A stretch of 64,000 nt of DNA, from positions 96,001 through 160,000 of the forward strand of contig CAWIIV010000024.1 of the NCBI GenBank assembly GCA_963836205.1, given 5' to 3'. Shown here in pieces: positions 9,592-19,407 of the stretch. Source of the DNA: an uncultured Acidimicrobiia bacterium (lineage in GTDB: Bacteria; Actinomycetota; Acidimicrobiia; Acidimicrobiales; AC-14). The notes beneath the pieces were generated by a model. It was not told where the DNA came from. It ran no database searches and saw nothing but the letters and a program-made list of their open reading frames with translations. A program made the translations under genes and the position numbers. Position 1 is the stretch's first letter. Each line of letters opens with the position of its first letter.

Positions 9592-10824
9592 ATGACCGAC
9601 CTGGCCACGAAGATGGCCGAGGCGGGGCTCACCAGCCCCATGCTGCCCGAGAACCGCGACGACCCGTACCCCACGTGGGCGTTCATCCGCCGCCACGAGC
9701 CCATTCACCACTCCCCCGACGGCACGTGGGTGCTCACCCGCTACGACCACGCCGCCGCCGTGCTGCGCGACCCCAGGTTCTCGAGCAACCCGGCCCGCCT
9801 GGCCGGCGGGGTGGACCAGCTGGCGAGCCCGTTGCGCCAGGCGGGGGCGAACGTGATGTTGTTCAGCGACCCGCCCGACCACACCCGTCTCCGGGGCCTG
9901 GTGAGCCAGGCCTTCACCCCTCGCACCGTCGACAGCCTCAAGCCTCGGATCGAGCGGCTGGTCGACGAGCTGCTCGACGCGGTGGTGGACCGGGGCGACG
10001 GCGAGCTCGACGTGCTGGCCGACCTGGCCTATCCCCTGCCGACGGTGGTGATCTGCGAGCTGCTCGGCGTGCCGGTGGCCGATCGCGAGAACTTCAAGAA
10101 CGGGGCTTCCGGCGTCTCCCGATTGCTCGACAACTACCTCGAAGACGCGGCCCGCACCGAGGCCATGGTGGCGGGGATGGAGTTGTTCCGCTACATCACC
10201 GATCTGGTGGAGGAGCGCCGGGCCCGGCCCGGCACCGACGTGCTCAGTGCCCTGCTGGCAGCCGAGGCGGAAGGCGACCGGCTCACGCACGCCGAGCTGC
10301 TCAACACGGTGGTCCTGCTCTTCGTGGCCGGCTTCGAGACCACCATGAACCTGTTGGGCAATGGGATGCTGGCCCTGCTCCGCAACCCATCGGAGATCGA
10401 CCGTCTGCGGGCCGATCCGACGCTCGTGCGGCTGGCCGTGGAGGAGCTCATCCGCTACGACGGGCCGGTGCACGTCACCGCCCGGATCGCCACCACCGAC
10501 CTGCAGATCGGCGGCGAGCGGATCCGGGAGGGCGAGCAGGTGGCGGTGACCCTGGGCGCGGCGAACAGGGACCCGGACCAGTTCCCCGACCCCGACCGGC
10601 TCGACGTCGGGCGCACGCCCAACCGTCACCTGGGCCTCGGTGGCGGACCTCATTTCTGCCTCGGCGCGACGCTTGCCCGGATCGAGGCCCAAGTCGCATT
10701 CGGCGCCGTGCTCCGCCGGTTCCCGTACCTCGAACTGGCCACCGAACGCCCGACGTTCCGTGACCATTTCGTCGTCCGTGGCCTCAACCAGTTGAAGGTG
10801 CGCATCACGCCGCCGCCTGGCTGA
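9592..10824 (+). CDS. Cytochrome P450
   Basis: DPPDHTRLR, AGFETT, EELIR, heme motif GGGPHFCLG. Confidence 0.93.
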   Translation: MTDLATKMAEAGLTSPMLPENRDDPYPTWAFIRRHEPIHHSPDGTWVLTRYDHAAAVLRDPRFSSNPARLAGGVDQLASPLRQAGANVMLFSDPPDHTRLRGLVSQAFTPRTVDSLKPRIERLVDELLDAVVDRGDGELDVLADLAYPLPTVVICELLGVPVADRENFKNGASGVSRLLDNYLEDAARTEAMVAGMELFRYITDLVEERRARPGTDVLSALLAAEAEGDRLTHAELLNTVVLLFVAGFETTMNLLGNGMLALLRNPSEIDRLRADPTLVRLAVEELIRYDGPVHVTARIATTDLQIGGERIREGEQVAVTLGAANRDPDQFPDPDRLDVGRTPNRHLGLGGGPHFCLGATLARIEAQVAFGAVLRRFPYLELATERPTFRDHFVVRGLNQLKVRITPPPG

Positions 10825-11737
10825 GGCGGGTGTGGACAGCGACCACGTCGGCCACCACCTGTTCCGGCCGCTCGTGGAGGTCGAAGTCGGTGAGGATGAG
10901 AAGCGTCCAGCCGAGGGCGGTGAGGAGGTTCCACCTGGCCCGGTCGCGGCGGTAGCTCTCGCTGTCGGAGTGCCAGAAGGCGCTGTCGACCTCCAACGCC
11001 AACTTCACCGGCGGCGGATAGGCCATATCGAGCCGGATCGGCGGCCGTTCGGGCACATGGATGACGTACTGGCGCACGGGCGGCCGCGCCCCGTAGCGGA
11101 AGAGCATCCGCAGGGCGAAGTCCTCCAGCCCGATCTCAGTTGGTGGAGCCGCTGGCCCCCGCGCCTCGAGGATCGACCGCACGCCGCCCGCACCGCGACA
11201 CCCCGGCCCGCCGTACCGGCTCAGGTAGCGCCAGATGTGCTCGGGAGTGGTGTGCCCCAGGTGGACGGCGCTCTCGAGCATGCTCGTGGCCACGTCGATC
11301 GGAACGACGCCGGCGACATCGACCAACGTCCGCTCCGGCCGAGTAACCGTGATCCCCTGGTGAACCCGAATGTCGACCGGCGCCAGGATGCGGCTGCGAT
11401 GAGCTGTTGCGCCAACGAGTTGTGGCCGCTTGGCGATCGGCACCGAGACTTCCACCCGTGTGCTGCTGGCGCCTCGAAGGCCCCACAACCTGGCCGCGCT
11501 CCGGTGTGAGACCGCCGCACCGTCGCCGGCCGCCAGACACGCCGCGATCACCCGTTGCTCGAATGACGCAGCCACGCCAGGAACTGCGTAGACGCCGGGG
11601 TGGAGGCGGATCAGCAGCCCGGCTCGAAGCCGGCGTTTGATTTGGTCGGCGCTCAGACCTACGTGGACGAGTTCATGGCGCGTGACGATGCCGCATCGTT
11701 TTGCCGCCAGCCGTTGGACCGTCGCATCGAGGGGCAC
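10805..11737 (-). CDS. AbiEi-type N-terminal HTH plus DUF559/Vsr-like nuclease-domain protein
   Basis: GIVTRHEL..GLS, LHPGVY, VSHRSAARLWGL, RLDMAYP..LALEVDS..WH...RD..R. Confidence 0.8.
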   Translation of the reverse strand: MPLDATVQRLAAKRCGIVTRHELVHVGLSADQIKRRLRAGLLIRLHPGVYAVPGVAASFEQRVIAACLAAGDGAAVSHRSAARLWGLRGASSTRVEVSVPIAKRPQLVGATAHRSRILAPVDIRVHQGITVTRPERTLVDVAGVVPIDVATSMLESAVHLGHTTPEHIWRYLSRYGGPGCRGAGGVRSILEARGPAAPPTEIGLEDFALRMLFRYGARPPVRQYVIHVPERPPIRLDMAYPPPVKLALEVDSAFWHSDSESYRRDRARWNLLTALGWTLLILTDFDLHERPEQVVADVVAVHTRLSQAAA

Positions 11738-11773
11738 GGGTACAGGAAAGCAGCGGGCTGAGACAGGAAACGC

Positions 11774-11820
11774 TCTGTGGCATGAAAAGGGGCGGGAGGC
11801 GCCCCTTTTCCTCCACAGAC
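11774..11820. repeat. REP-like hairpin, family 2
   Basis: CTGTGG..GAAAAGGGGCG / CGCCCCTTTTC..CCACAG arms; shares the GAAAAG/CTTTTCCTCCA core with 33108-33150. Confidence 0.65.
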
Positions 11821-11886
11821 TGCGATCGGAGGAGGGCCAGGCAGTCGCCCGAGCGGGCGACGGGCGGGACCGGTAACGTGCGGCGC

Positions 11887-13368
11887 GTGCGTGAGAAGCC
11901 GCTCGTCCACCTGGTGATCCCACGGTGGGGCGGCACCGGCCTGCACCAGACGTTCGGCCACCGCATGCCCCCGATGGCGCTCCTCGTCCTCGCCGCTCAC
12001 GCCCGTCGGGCCGGGTGGGACGCCAAGGTCATCGACCAGAATTACGAACCCATCCCCAAGGAAACGCCAGACCTCGCCTGCCTCACCGTGTGGACGATGA
12101 TGGCGCCCCAGGCCTACCGCATCGCCGACGACTACCGAGCCAAGGGCGTGAAGGTCGTCCTCGGCGGCGTCCACCCCAGCCTGCTCCCAACGGAGGCCCT
12201 CCGCCACGCCGACGCGGTCGTGTCCGGCGAGGCCGACACCGTCTTCGCCACCGTCCTCCGAGACGCGGCCGCCGACACCCTCCAACGCCTGTACAAGGGC
12301 AGCTTCCAGTCGATGGACGACGTCCCCATGAACCACGAGTGGGCCGACATCCTCAAGTCGTTCCCGATCACGAGGTACGCCCCCCTCAACACCCTCCAGA
12401 CCACCCGCGGCTGCCGTTTCAACTGCGACTTCTGCTCCGTCATCCGCATCAACGGCCGCGGCTCCCGCCACAGCCCGACCGACCGGGTGGTCGAGGAGCT
12501 CAAGGTCCTCAAACGAATCGGACAGCACCTCGGCGAGTGGGCCTACGTCTTCTTCCTCGACGACGACCTCGCCGCCGACCTCGACTTCTGCGGCGAACTG
12601 TCGGAGGCCATCCTCAGCTCCGGCGTGAAGGTGAAGTGGGGCGCCCAGGCGAGCATCGGCCTGGCCCGCAACCCCAAGCTCCTCGACCTCGCCACGCGCA
12701 GCGGCCTGCGGACGATGTTCGTCGGCTTCGAGGGCATCGACCGCGAGTCCCTCCTCGAGTGCAACAAGAAGAACCGTCCCGGCGAGTACGGCGAGCTCGT
12801 CGCCCGCATCCACCAGTCGGGCGCCGGCATCGAGGGCGGGTTCATCTTCGGCTTCGACAGCCAGGGCCCCGACTGCTTCGAGGAGACGGCCACCTTCGTC
12901 GACAACATCGGCGTCGACGTGGCCCACTTCTCGATCCTCACGCCCTACCCCGGCACCGCCACCTACGCCCGCATGCTCACCGACGGGCGCATCACCAGCT
13001 TCGACTGGAAGCGCTACAACATGTACTCCTGCGTCTACGAGCCGGCCCGGATGACGGCCACCCAGCTCGAGGACGGGCTGGCCACCGCCTACCGGGCCTT
13101 CTACTCCCGCAAGCGCCGGGCGAGCCGGTTCAAGCGCTTCGCCAAGGGACGGGAGAAGGCCTTCCACCTGGCCCTGGCCGCGGCCAACCACAACTACGCC
13201 ACCCGCTACAGGCATCCCCACTGCGCCCCGGGCGACGGCTACGAGGCCGACCCCGACGACATCAAGGGCCTCCTCGCGGCCAGCTCCGCCCCTGCCCAGG
13301 AGGCCCTCAACGTGGCCTTCGAGGCCGCCGTCGCCGGCAGCCCGGTGTCGCTCATCACCAAGAAATAG
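11887..13368 (+). CDS. B12-binding radical SAM protein
   Basis: LGGVHPS..P.E, VSGEAD, TTRGCRFNCDFC (CxxxCxxC), LTPYPGT. Start approximate. Confidence 0.88.
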   Translation: MREKPLVHLVIPRWGGTGLHQTFGHRMPPMALLVLAAHARRAGWDAKVIDQNYEPIPKETPDLACLTVWTMMAPQAYRIADDYRAKGVKVVLGGVHPSLLPTEALRHADAVVSGEADTVFATVLRDAAADTLQRLYKGSFQSMDDVPMNHEWADILKSFPITRYAPLNTLQTTRGCRFNCDFCSVIRINGRGSRHSPTDRVVEELKVLKRIGQHLGEWAYVFFLDDDLAADLDFCGELSEAILSSGVKVKWGAQASIGLARNPKLLDLATRSGLRTMFVGFEGIDRESLLECNKKNRPGEYGELVARIHQSGAGIEGGFIFGFDSQGPDCFEETATFVDNIGVDVAHFSILTPYPGTATYARMLTDGRITSFDWKRYNMYSCVYEPARMTATQLEDGLATAYRAFYSRKRRASRFKRFAKGREKAFHLALAAANHNYATRYRHPHCAPGDGYEADPDDIKGLLAASSAPAQEALNVAFEAAVAGSPVSLITKK

Positions 13369-13414
13369 CCGTCCTACCCGTCGGAGGACGGGTCCGGCGG
13401 GCGACAGTAGGGGT

Positions 13415-13948
13415 GTGGGGACAGAGAGCACGGCCGTCGTCGACGATCCCGGGCCCGCCTTCCTCGCCCTCTACGACGACGCCTTGCCCCACATCTACGG
13501 GTACCTCCTCAGCCGGTGCGGTGGACACGTGGCCGTGGCCCAGGACCTGACCACGCAGACGTTCCTCGCCGCGGTCCAGGCGGTGCGGAACGACCGCCAG
13601 CGCCGGCTGTCGACGGCATGGCTCATGACGGTGGCCCGCAACAAGCTCGTCGACCACTGGCGCCGCCTGGCCCGGGAGGAGCGGGGCCTGCGCACCGTCG
13701 CCGCCGACCAGGCCAGCTTCCACGACCCGTGGGACGCCGAGCTCGACCACCTGCGAGCCCAGGCCGTCCTCGCCCGGCTGTCGGCCCACCACCGGATGGT
13801 GCTCACCCTGCGCTACCTCGACGACCTGCCCGTTCCCCAGGTGGCCGACCTCATCGGCCGGACCCTCCACGCCACCGAAGCCCTGCTCGTACGGGCCCGG
13901 GCCGCCTTCCGCCGGGCGTACACCGAAGTCGAAGGGGAGGCCGACTGA
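13415..13948 (+). CDS. ECF sigma-70 factor
   Basis: AQDLTTQTFL, WLMTVARNKLVDHWRR, region 4 HTH. Confidence 0.88.
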   Translation: MGTESTAVVDDPGPAFLALYDDALPHIYGYLLSRCGGHVAVAQDLTTQTFLAAVQAVRNDRQRRLSTAWLMTVARNKLVDHWRRLAREERGLRTVAADQASFHDPWDAELDHLRAQAVLARLSAHHRMVLTLRYLDDLPVPQVADLIGRTLHATEALLVRARAAFRRAYTEVEGEAD

Positions 13949-15210
13949 TGGCCGATCCGTTCGCCACCCTGCGCACGCCCGTCGTGCCCACCCGACCCGA
14001 CCCCGCCTTCGAGACCCGCCTCCGGGCCCGCCTCGAGGACGCCCTCACCCTCCCCGAAGGAGTCGACGTGACCATCACCACGCTCGCAGCACCCGCCACC
14101 ACCTCCGCCGAGCGGCCCACCGCCCGCATGACCCTCACCCCCTACCTCGCCGTGGCCGACGGCCGCCGGGCGATCGACTGGTACGCCGACGTCTTCGGCG
14201 CCCGCCCCCGGAGCGAGCCCATCGTGATGCCGGACGGCCGCGTCGGCCACGCCGAGCTCGACTTCGGCGGGTCGCTGGTGATGCTGGCCGACGAGTTCCC
14301 CGACATCGGCCACACCGCGCCCCGGGCGGGGGCGGGCTCGCCCGTCACCCTCCACCTGGAGGCGGCCGACATCGACGGCCTCGTGTCCCGGGCGGTCGAC
14401 GAGGGCGCCACGCTCGACCGGCCCCCGCAGGACCAGGAGTACGGTCGTAACGCCACGATCATCGACCCCTTCGGCCACCGCTGGCTGTTGTCGGAGGCGG
14501 CAGTCCCTTCGGAGCAGCAGACCCGCGGCCGCCATGGCGACGTCGGCCACGTGTCGGTCCTGGTCCCCGACCTCGACCGGGCCCAGGCCTTCTACGGCGC
14601 GGTCCTCGGGTGGACGTTCGTTCCCGCGGGGCGCCCCGACGGCCGCCGGGTCGTGGGCTCGCTGCCGCAGACTGCGCTGTTCGGCGGCCACGACCGGGCC
14701 AACCTCGTCCTGGCCTGGCAGGTGGACGACCTGGCCGCCGCGGTCGAGACGGTGCGCGACCTCGGCGGCGCCGCCTCCGACCCGGCGGAGATGCCGTACG
14801 GCCAGAGGGCGGACTGCACCGACGACCAGGGCATGGCCTTCTACCTGTGGCAGCCACCGGAGGGATCGGCATCCACCGCCGCCCAGCCCGACATCGCCTA
14901 CCTGACCCTCAACGTCGTCGACTCGGCCCGGTTCCGGTCGTTCTTCGGACAGCTGTTCGGCTGGACCTTCACGCCCGGCCGGGTGGACGACGGGTGGAAC
15001 GTCGAGGGCCCCACCCCCATGACCGGCGTCGCCGGCGGTGCCTCCCGTGCGTCGGCGGTGCCGATGTACCGGGTGGAAGACGTCGAGGCCGCCGTCCGCC
15101 GGGTTCGGTCCGCCGGCGGGACGGCCACCGCGGCCGCCACCATGCCCTACGGCCTCACGTCCGACTGCACCGACGACCAGGGCACGCCCTTCTACCTCGG
15201 CCAGCTCTAG
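13948..15210 (+). CDS. Multi-domain VOC/glyoxalase family protein with N-terminal extension
   Basis: TGATG overlap with the sigma gene; three VOC modules (DPFGHRW, DDQGMAF, DDQGTPF). Confidence 0.85.
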   Translation: MADPFATLRTPVVPTRPDPAFETRLRARLEDALTLPEGVDVTITTLAAPATTSAERPTARMTLTPYLAVADGRRAIDWYADVFGARPRSEPIVMPDGRVGHAELDFGGSLVMLADEFPDIGHTAPRAGAGSPVTLHLEAADIDGLVSRAVDEGATLDRPPQDQEYGRNATIIDPFGHRWLLSEAAVPSEQQTRGRHGDVGHVSVLVPDLDRAQAFYGAVLGWTFVPAGRPDGRRVVGSLPQTALFGGHDRANLVLAWQVDDLAAAVETVRDLGGAASDPAEMPYGQRADCTDDQGMAFYLWQPPEGSASTAAQPDIAYLTLNVVDSARFRSFFGQLFGWTFTPGRVDDGWNVEGPTPMTGVAGGASRASAVPMYRVEDVEAAVRRVRSAGGTATAAATMPYGLTSDCTDDQGTPFYLGQL

Positions 15211-15259
15211 CCCGAGGCGCCGCGGCCGGCGCAGGGGGCGGCGTCGGTACGCTCCCTCC

Positions 15260-17212
15260 GTGGGACTGACGGCGCTCGGGGGGTGGGCGCTGGTCCTGGC
15301 CCTGGTGGCGGCCTGTGGCACCGCCGCCGCCTCGTGGACGGGGGCGGTGGACTGGGGCCGGCGGGGGCTTGCCGTCGTGTTCGGGCTGGTCACGGTGGGT
15401 GTGGCGGCCTTGGCCTGGGCCCTCGTGGGCCAGGACTACTCGCTCGTCTACGTCGCCGACCACGCCAGCCGGGACACCACCTGGCCCTACCGGCTGGCCG
15501 GCCTGTGGGGCGGGATGGCGGGCTCCCTCCTGCTCTGGACGTGGATGCTCGCCGGCTGGGCCCTCCTCGCGTCGACGTCGGTGCGGCGGCGCCTGCCCGA
15601 GCTGGCGGGCGGGACCCAGGCGGTGCTGGCCCTGGAGGCGGCGGTGTTCCTCGGACTGCTGGTGACGGTGTCCCGCCCGTTCGCCACCCTCGCCGTGCCC
15701 GCCATCGACGGTGGCGGCCTGACGCCGATCCTGCGCCACCCGGCGATGCTCTACCACCCACCACTCCTCTACAGCGGCTACGTCGGGCTGGCGGTGCCGG
15801 CGGCGATGGCCGTCGCCGCCCTCGTGTCGCGAGCGGCGGGGGACTGGCTGGCCGTCGCCCGCCGATTCATGGTGGCCAGCCTGGTCCTGCTGGCGGTGGG
15901 CATGGTCGCCGGCGCCCACTGGGCCTACGTCGAGCTCGGGTGGGGCGGCTACTGGGCGTGGGACCCGGTGGAGAACGGGGCCCTCATCCCATGGCTGGCG
16001 GGCGTCGCCTTCCTGCACTCGGCCATGGTGGCTCGTCGCCGCGCCGACAGCACGGCCGCCTCGTCCACCCACGGGTTGGCGTTCCTCGCCTTCGGGCTGT
16101 CGCTCCTCGGCGCCTTCCTCACCCGGTCGGGGACGACCGCGTCGGTTCACGCCTTCGCCGAGGCTCGGGCCGTGGGCCGGGTTCTCCTCGCCGCGCTGGC
16201 GGTGACGGCGGTCGCCCTCGTCACCCTGATGGTCCGCCGACGGGCCCCCCGGCCGACGCCGGCGCCATCGCCGGTCGCGCCCCTGACGCAGGCGGGCGCG
16301 GTTCGGGCCAACAACGTCCTCCTCCTGGCCGTGATCGTGGTGGTCGGGTTCGGGCTGCTCTACCCCGTCCTCACCGGCGACGACCTGGTCGTCACCGGCC
16401 GCTACTTCGCCATCGTCACCGCCCCCCTCGCCCTGGGCGTCCTCGCCGCCGTCGGCGTCGGCCCCCGCCTGGGATGGCGCCCCCGGCCGTGGCACGAGGT
16501 CCGGGCCCGCCTCCGTCCCGCGGGGTGGGGACTGGCCGCGGCTCTGGCCTTGGCCACCGTCACCCTCGACGACCATCGCCCGCTCTCCCTGGCCATGGTC
16601 GGCCTGGCGGGAGCCGCCGCCGCCCTCACCGTCGCCGAGTGGCGCAGTCGTCGCCGCGCCCTTGGAGCCAACGGGGCAACAACCAGCGGTCGCGCCCGGG
16701 CGCACGCGGGCGGGCTCCTCGCCCACTTCGGCGTCGCCGTCCTCCTGGCGGGCGTCGCCGGCACCGCCACCGGCGCGCACCGCACCGCCAGCCTCGTCCC
16801 CGGCCAGTCGATGGCCCTCCGCGGCTACACCCTCCGCCTTGACGAAGTCGTCCCCGTCCCCGCCCCCGACGGCGGACGGGCGGCCCAGGCCACCCTGGCC
16901 GTCGAGCGCCACGGCCGTCACGTCGCAACCCTCCGTCCCGTCGCCCTCATCGCCAGGTCGGGCGACCGGGTGTCGGAGGCGGCCCTCCGCTCCACACCGG
17001 TCGAGGATCTCCAGGTCGCCCTCCGCACCGTGTCGGGCGGGGGTGGGGCGGTGGTGGTGGAGGTCTTCGTGGTCCCCCTGGCCCAATGGGTGTGGTGGGG
17101 AGCCCTGCTGGTCGCCGCCGGGATCGGCCTGTCTCGACACGACCAGGACCGGGGCTGGACCTCGACAGCCGCCGGGTCGAAGGTGCGGTCAAGCGCATCT
17201 GACCTACGCTAA
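15260..17212 (+). CDS. ccmF: Cytochrome c maturation heme lyase, CcmF/NrfE family
   Basis: HPPLLYSGY, WAYVELGWGGYWAWDPVEN (WWD motif), SVHAF; many TM segments. Confidence 0.88.
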   Translation: MGLTALGGWALVLALVAACGTAAASWTGAVDWGRRGLAVVFGLVTVGVAALAWALVGQDYSLVYVADHASRDTTWPYRLAGLWGGMAGSLLLWTWMLAGWALLASTSVRRRLPELAGGTQAVLALEAAVFLGLLVTVSRPFATLAVPAIDGGGLTPILRHPAMLYHPPLLYSGYVGLAVPAAMAVAALVSRAAGDWLAVARRFMVASLVLLAVGMVAGAHWAYVELGWGGYWAWDPVENGALIPWLAGVAFLHSAMVARRRADSTAASSTHGLAFLAFGLSLLGAFLTRSGTTASVHAFAEARAVGRVLLAALAVTAVALVTLMVRRRAPRPTPAPSPVAPLTQAGAVRANNVLLLAVIVVVGFGLLYPVLTGDDLVVTGRYFAIVTAPLALGVLAAVGVGPRLGWRPRPWHEVRARLRPAGWGLAAALALATVTLDDHRPLSLAMVGLAGAAAALTVAEWRSRRRALGANGATTSGRARAHAGGLLAHFGVAVLLAGVAGTATGAHRTASLVPGQSMALRGYTLRLDEVVPVPAPDGGRAAQATLAVERHGRHVATLRPVALIARSGDRVSEAALRSTPVEDLQVALRTVSGGGGAVVVEVFVVPLAQWVWWGALLVAAGIGLSRHDQDRGWTSTAAGSKVRSSASDLR

Positions 17213-17217
17213 GAGTC

Positions 17218-17403
17218 ATGGCGGAAGACAGCTCCAGCCAGACGCCACTGCTCGACGAGTGGCGGGCAGAGGTGGGGGATGAGGCCGTAGCGGCGGCGGT
17301 CGAGGCTGCCCGCGCCGAGATCGCCGACGGCTCTCTCAAGGGCTTTTCCAGCAAGGTCGAGTTCCTCGAATACCTCGAGGGCTTACGCCGTCGCTCGGCG
17401 TGA
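17218..17403 (+). CDS. Small acidic protein, putative type II antitoxin
   Basis: 61 aa; GTGA overlap with a downstream RelE-like frame. Confidence 0.5.
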   Translation: MAEDSSSQTPLLDEWRAEVGDEAVAAAVEAARAEIADGSLKGFSSKVEFLEYLEGLRRRSA

Positions 17404-17642
17404 CCTGGCGGATCTTCCTCACCAACTCGTCCCAGCCGGACCTTGACGCTCACCGCAGCCGACCGCGCCGCGCTCACCGAGGACCTCTTCGCCTGGGTGG
17501 AGACCGGGCCGCCCCGAACAAGGGGCCAACGCATCGCCGGTGTGCAGCTGTTTGACGATCGACTGCCATCGGGATCCGCGTGACGTACTTCGTCGACGAG
17601 CAGTTGCCCTACGTCGCCGTCGTCCGAGCACGGAGGCGCTGA
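17400..17642 (+). pseudogene. Putative RelE/ParE-like toxin with two apparent frameshifts
   Basis: Joining three frames gives VTWRIFLTNSSQPDLD/LTAADRAALTEDLFAWVETGPP...RLPS/GIRVTYFVDEQLPYVAVVRARRR. Confidence 0.45.
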
Positions 17643-17677
17643 CCCGCTGCCACTCCCTCTGCGTCCGGTGCGGCGGA

Positions 17678-18631
17678 TCACGAGGCGCGGAACGTGCGCC
17701 GGTAGGCCTGGGGCGACGCCGAAACGGCGCGGGTGAAGTGTTGGCGCAGGCCGGCAGCCGAGCCGAACCCGCAGCGGTGGGCCACCCATTCGACGGGATC
17801 GTCGGTGGTCTCGAGGAGGCGCTGGGCGAGCAGGATCCGTTGGCTCAGGATCCATTGGTGCGGTGTCGTGCCCGTCGCGGCCCCGAACCGGCGGGCGAAG
17901 GTGCGAGGGCTGGTGCCGGCCCGGCGGGCGAGGTGTTCGACGCTGAGGTCGTCGCCGATGTGCTCGAGCATCCACCCCAGCACCGCGGCGAGGGGCTCGT
18001 GGCCGTTGGCGCTGGCGATCGGCAGGTCGACGAACTGGGCCTGGCCGCCGTCGCGGTGGGGCGGCACGACCATGCGCCGGGCGACGGCGTTGGCCACCTC
18101 CGCCCCGTGGTCGAGCCGGACGACATGGAGCATGAGGTCGATCCCGGCCGCGGTGCCAGCCGAGGTCATGACCCCGCCGGCGTCGACGTACAGCACCTTC
18201 GGGTCGACATGAACCTTGGGGTACTGCCGGGCGAACGCGTCGGCGTGCATCCAATGGGTCGTGGCCCGCTTGCCGTCGAGGAGGCCGGCGGCGGCCAGCA
18301 CGAACGCACCCGTGCACACCGAGAGCAGGCGGGCACCGCGGTCCCGGGCGGCGCGCAGCGCATCCAGCAGCTCCTCGGGTGCCGCGCCGGGGAAGGGGTT
18401 GGCCGGGATGATCACGGTGTCGGCCTCGGCCACCTCCTCCAGGCCGTACGGCGTGTCGATCACGACGCCCTCGGGGCTGAAATGGGGTCCGGGTACCGCC
18501 GCCGCCACCCGGTGGCGGTACCAGGGGTCGACCAGCTCCGATCGGTCGAGCCCGAACACCTCACAGGCCACCGAGAGCTCGAACATGGCCACTTTCGGCC
18601 CGATCACGGTCACAACGCGGTGCATTGGCAT
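17678..18631 (-). CDS. GlxA/FtrA-family AraC regulator (DJ-1/PfpI plus HTH)
   Basis: SVCTGAFVLAAAGLLDG, TSAGTAAGID, PPHRDGGQAQF, AraC HTH. Confidence 0.92.
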   Translation of the reverse strand: MPMHRVVTVIGPKVAMFELSVACEVFGLDRSELVDPWYRHRVAAAVPGPHFSPEGVVIDTPYGLEEVAEADTVIIPANPFPGAAPEELLDALRAARDRGARLLSVCTGAFVLAAAGLLDGKRATTHWMHADAFARQYPKVHVDPKVLYVDAGGVMTSAGTAAGIDLMLHVVRLDHGAEVANAVARRMVVPPHRDGGQAQFVDLPIASANGHEPLAAVLGWMLEHIGDDLSVEHLARRAGTSPRTFARRFGAATGTTPHQWILSQRILLAQRLLETTDDPVEWVAHRCGFGSAAGLRQHFTRAVSASPQAYRRTFRAS

Positions 18632-18688
18632 GATTCTAGCGGAAGATGTCTTTCCTGCCACTTGTCTGCCAGACCGGCTAGGCGGAGC

Positions 18689-18934
18689 ATGAGTGCCATG
18701 CACCCCTACGTGGTCGAGCAGCTGGTCGAGGAGCGGCAGCAGGCGCTCAGGCACTTGGCCCGGGCCGATGGCGGCGCCCGGGCCGCCCGCCGCCAGGCCC
18801 GGGACTCGGCCTGGCGACGGGCCGTGGGCCGCGCCCTTGTCGCCGGTGCCGTCGCAGTCGGGGTGCCTCGGTCACAGCGACGGGCGGCGCAGTGCCAGGT
18901 CGCGACCACGCTCGGCTTCGAGACTCGCTGCTGA
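18689..18934 (+). CDS. Small hypothetical protein divergent from the regulator
   Basis: 81 aa, MSAMHPYVVEQLVEERQQALR; plausible codon usage. Confidence 0.55.
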   Translation: MSAMHPYVVEQLVEERQQALRHLARADGGARAARRQARDSAWRRAVGRALVAGAVAVGVPRSQRRAAQCQVATTLGFETRC

Positions 18935-19407
18935 CCCGAACGCCGTTCCGCCCCGGGCCGCGCACGGCCTCGGTCCACGTGATCCGGTACCGGGGCTGTT
19001 GCGCGTGACCCACAGACCGACGTTGCCTAGCCAAGTCACCGCACAGAAACATGATATGGACGCCCGTATGAATGGTGGACAGTGCTATGGGCATTTCACG
19101 ATCAGAAGAAGATTAGCTGGCGGCGCCCACCGTGACGACGATTACTCGATGGAGGGGCAGTGAAGCATCCTCTATCCAATTCGGCCACGCGGCGATGGTC
19201 CGCGCTTTCTGATATCTAGGTCTCGAATCAGACGGATCGGATAGGTGGGTGACCGAGGGACAGCGGTTCTTAACCTCGACCTCCGGAAGGGATCAGGTCC
19301 TCCCCTCCGGCGCCGCGCGGTCTCGGGGGTGCAGCCGGCCCAAGACCCTGTGCCCAACCATAGAGGCCGGGCACAGGGGTCGCATCGTCGTCAACTGGGT
19401 CGTTGGC

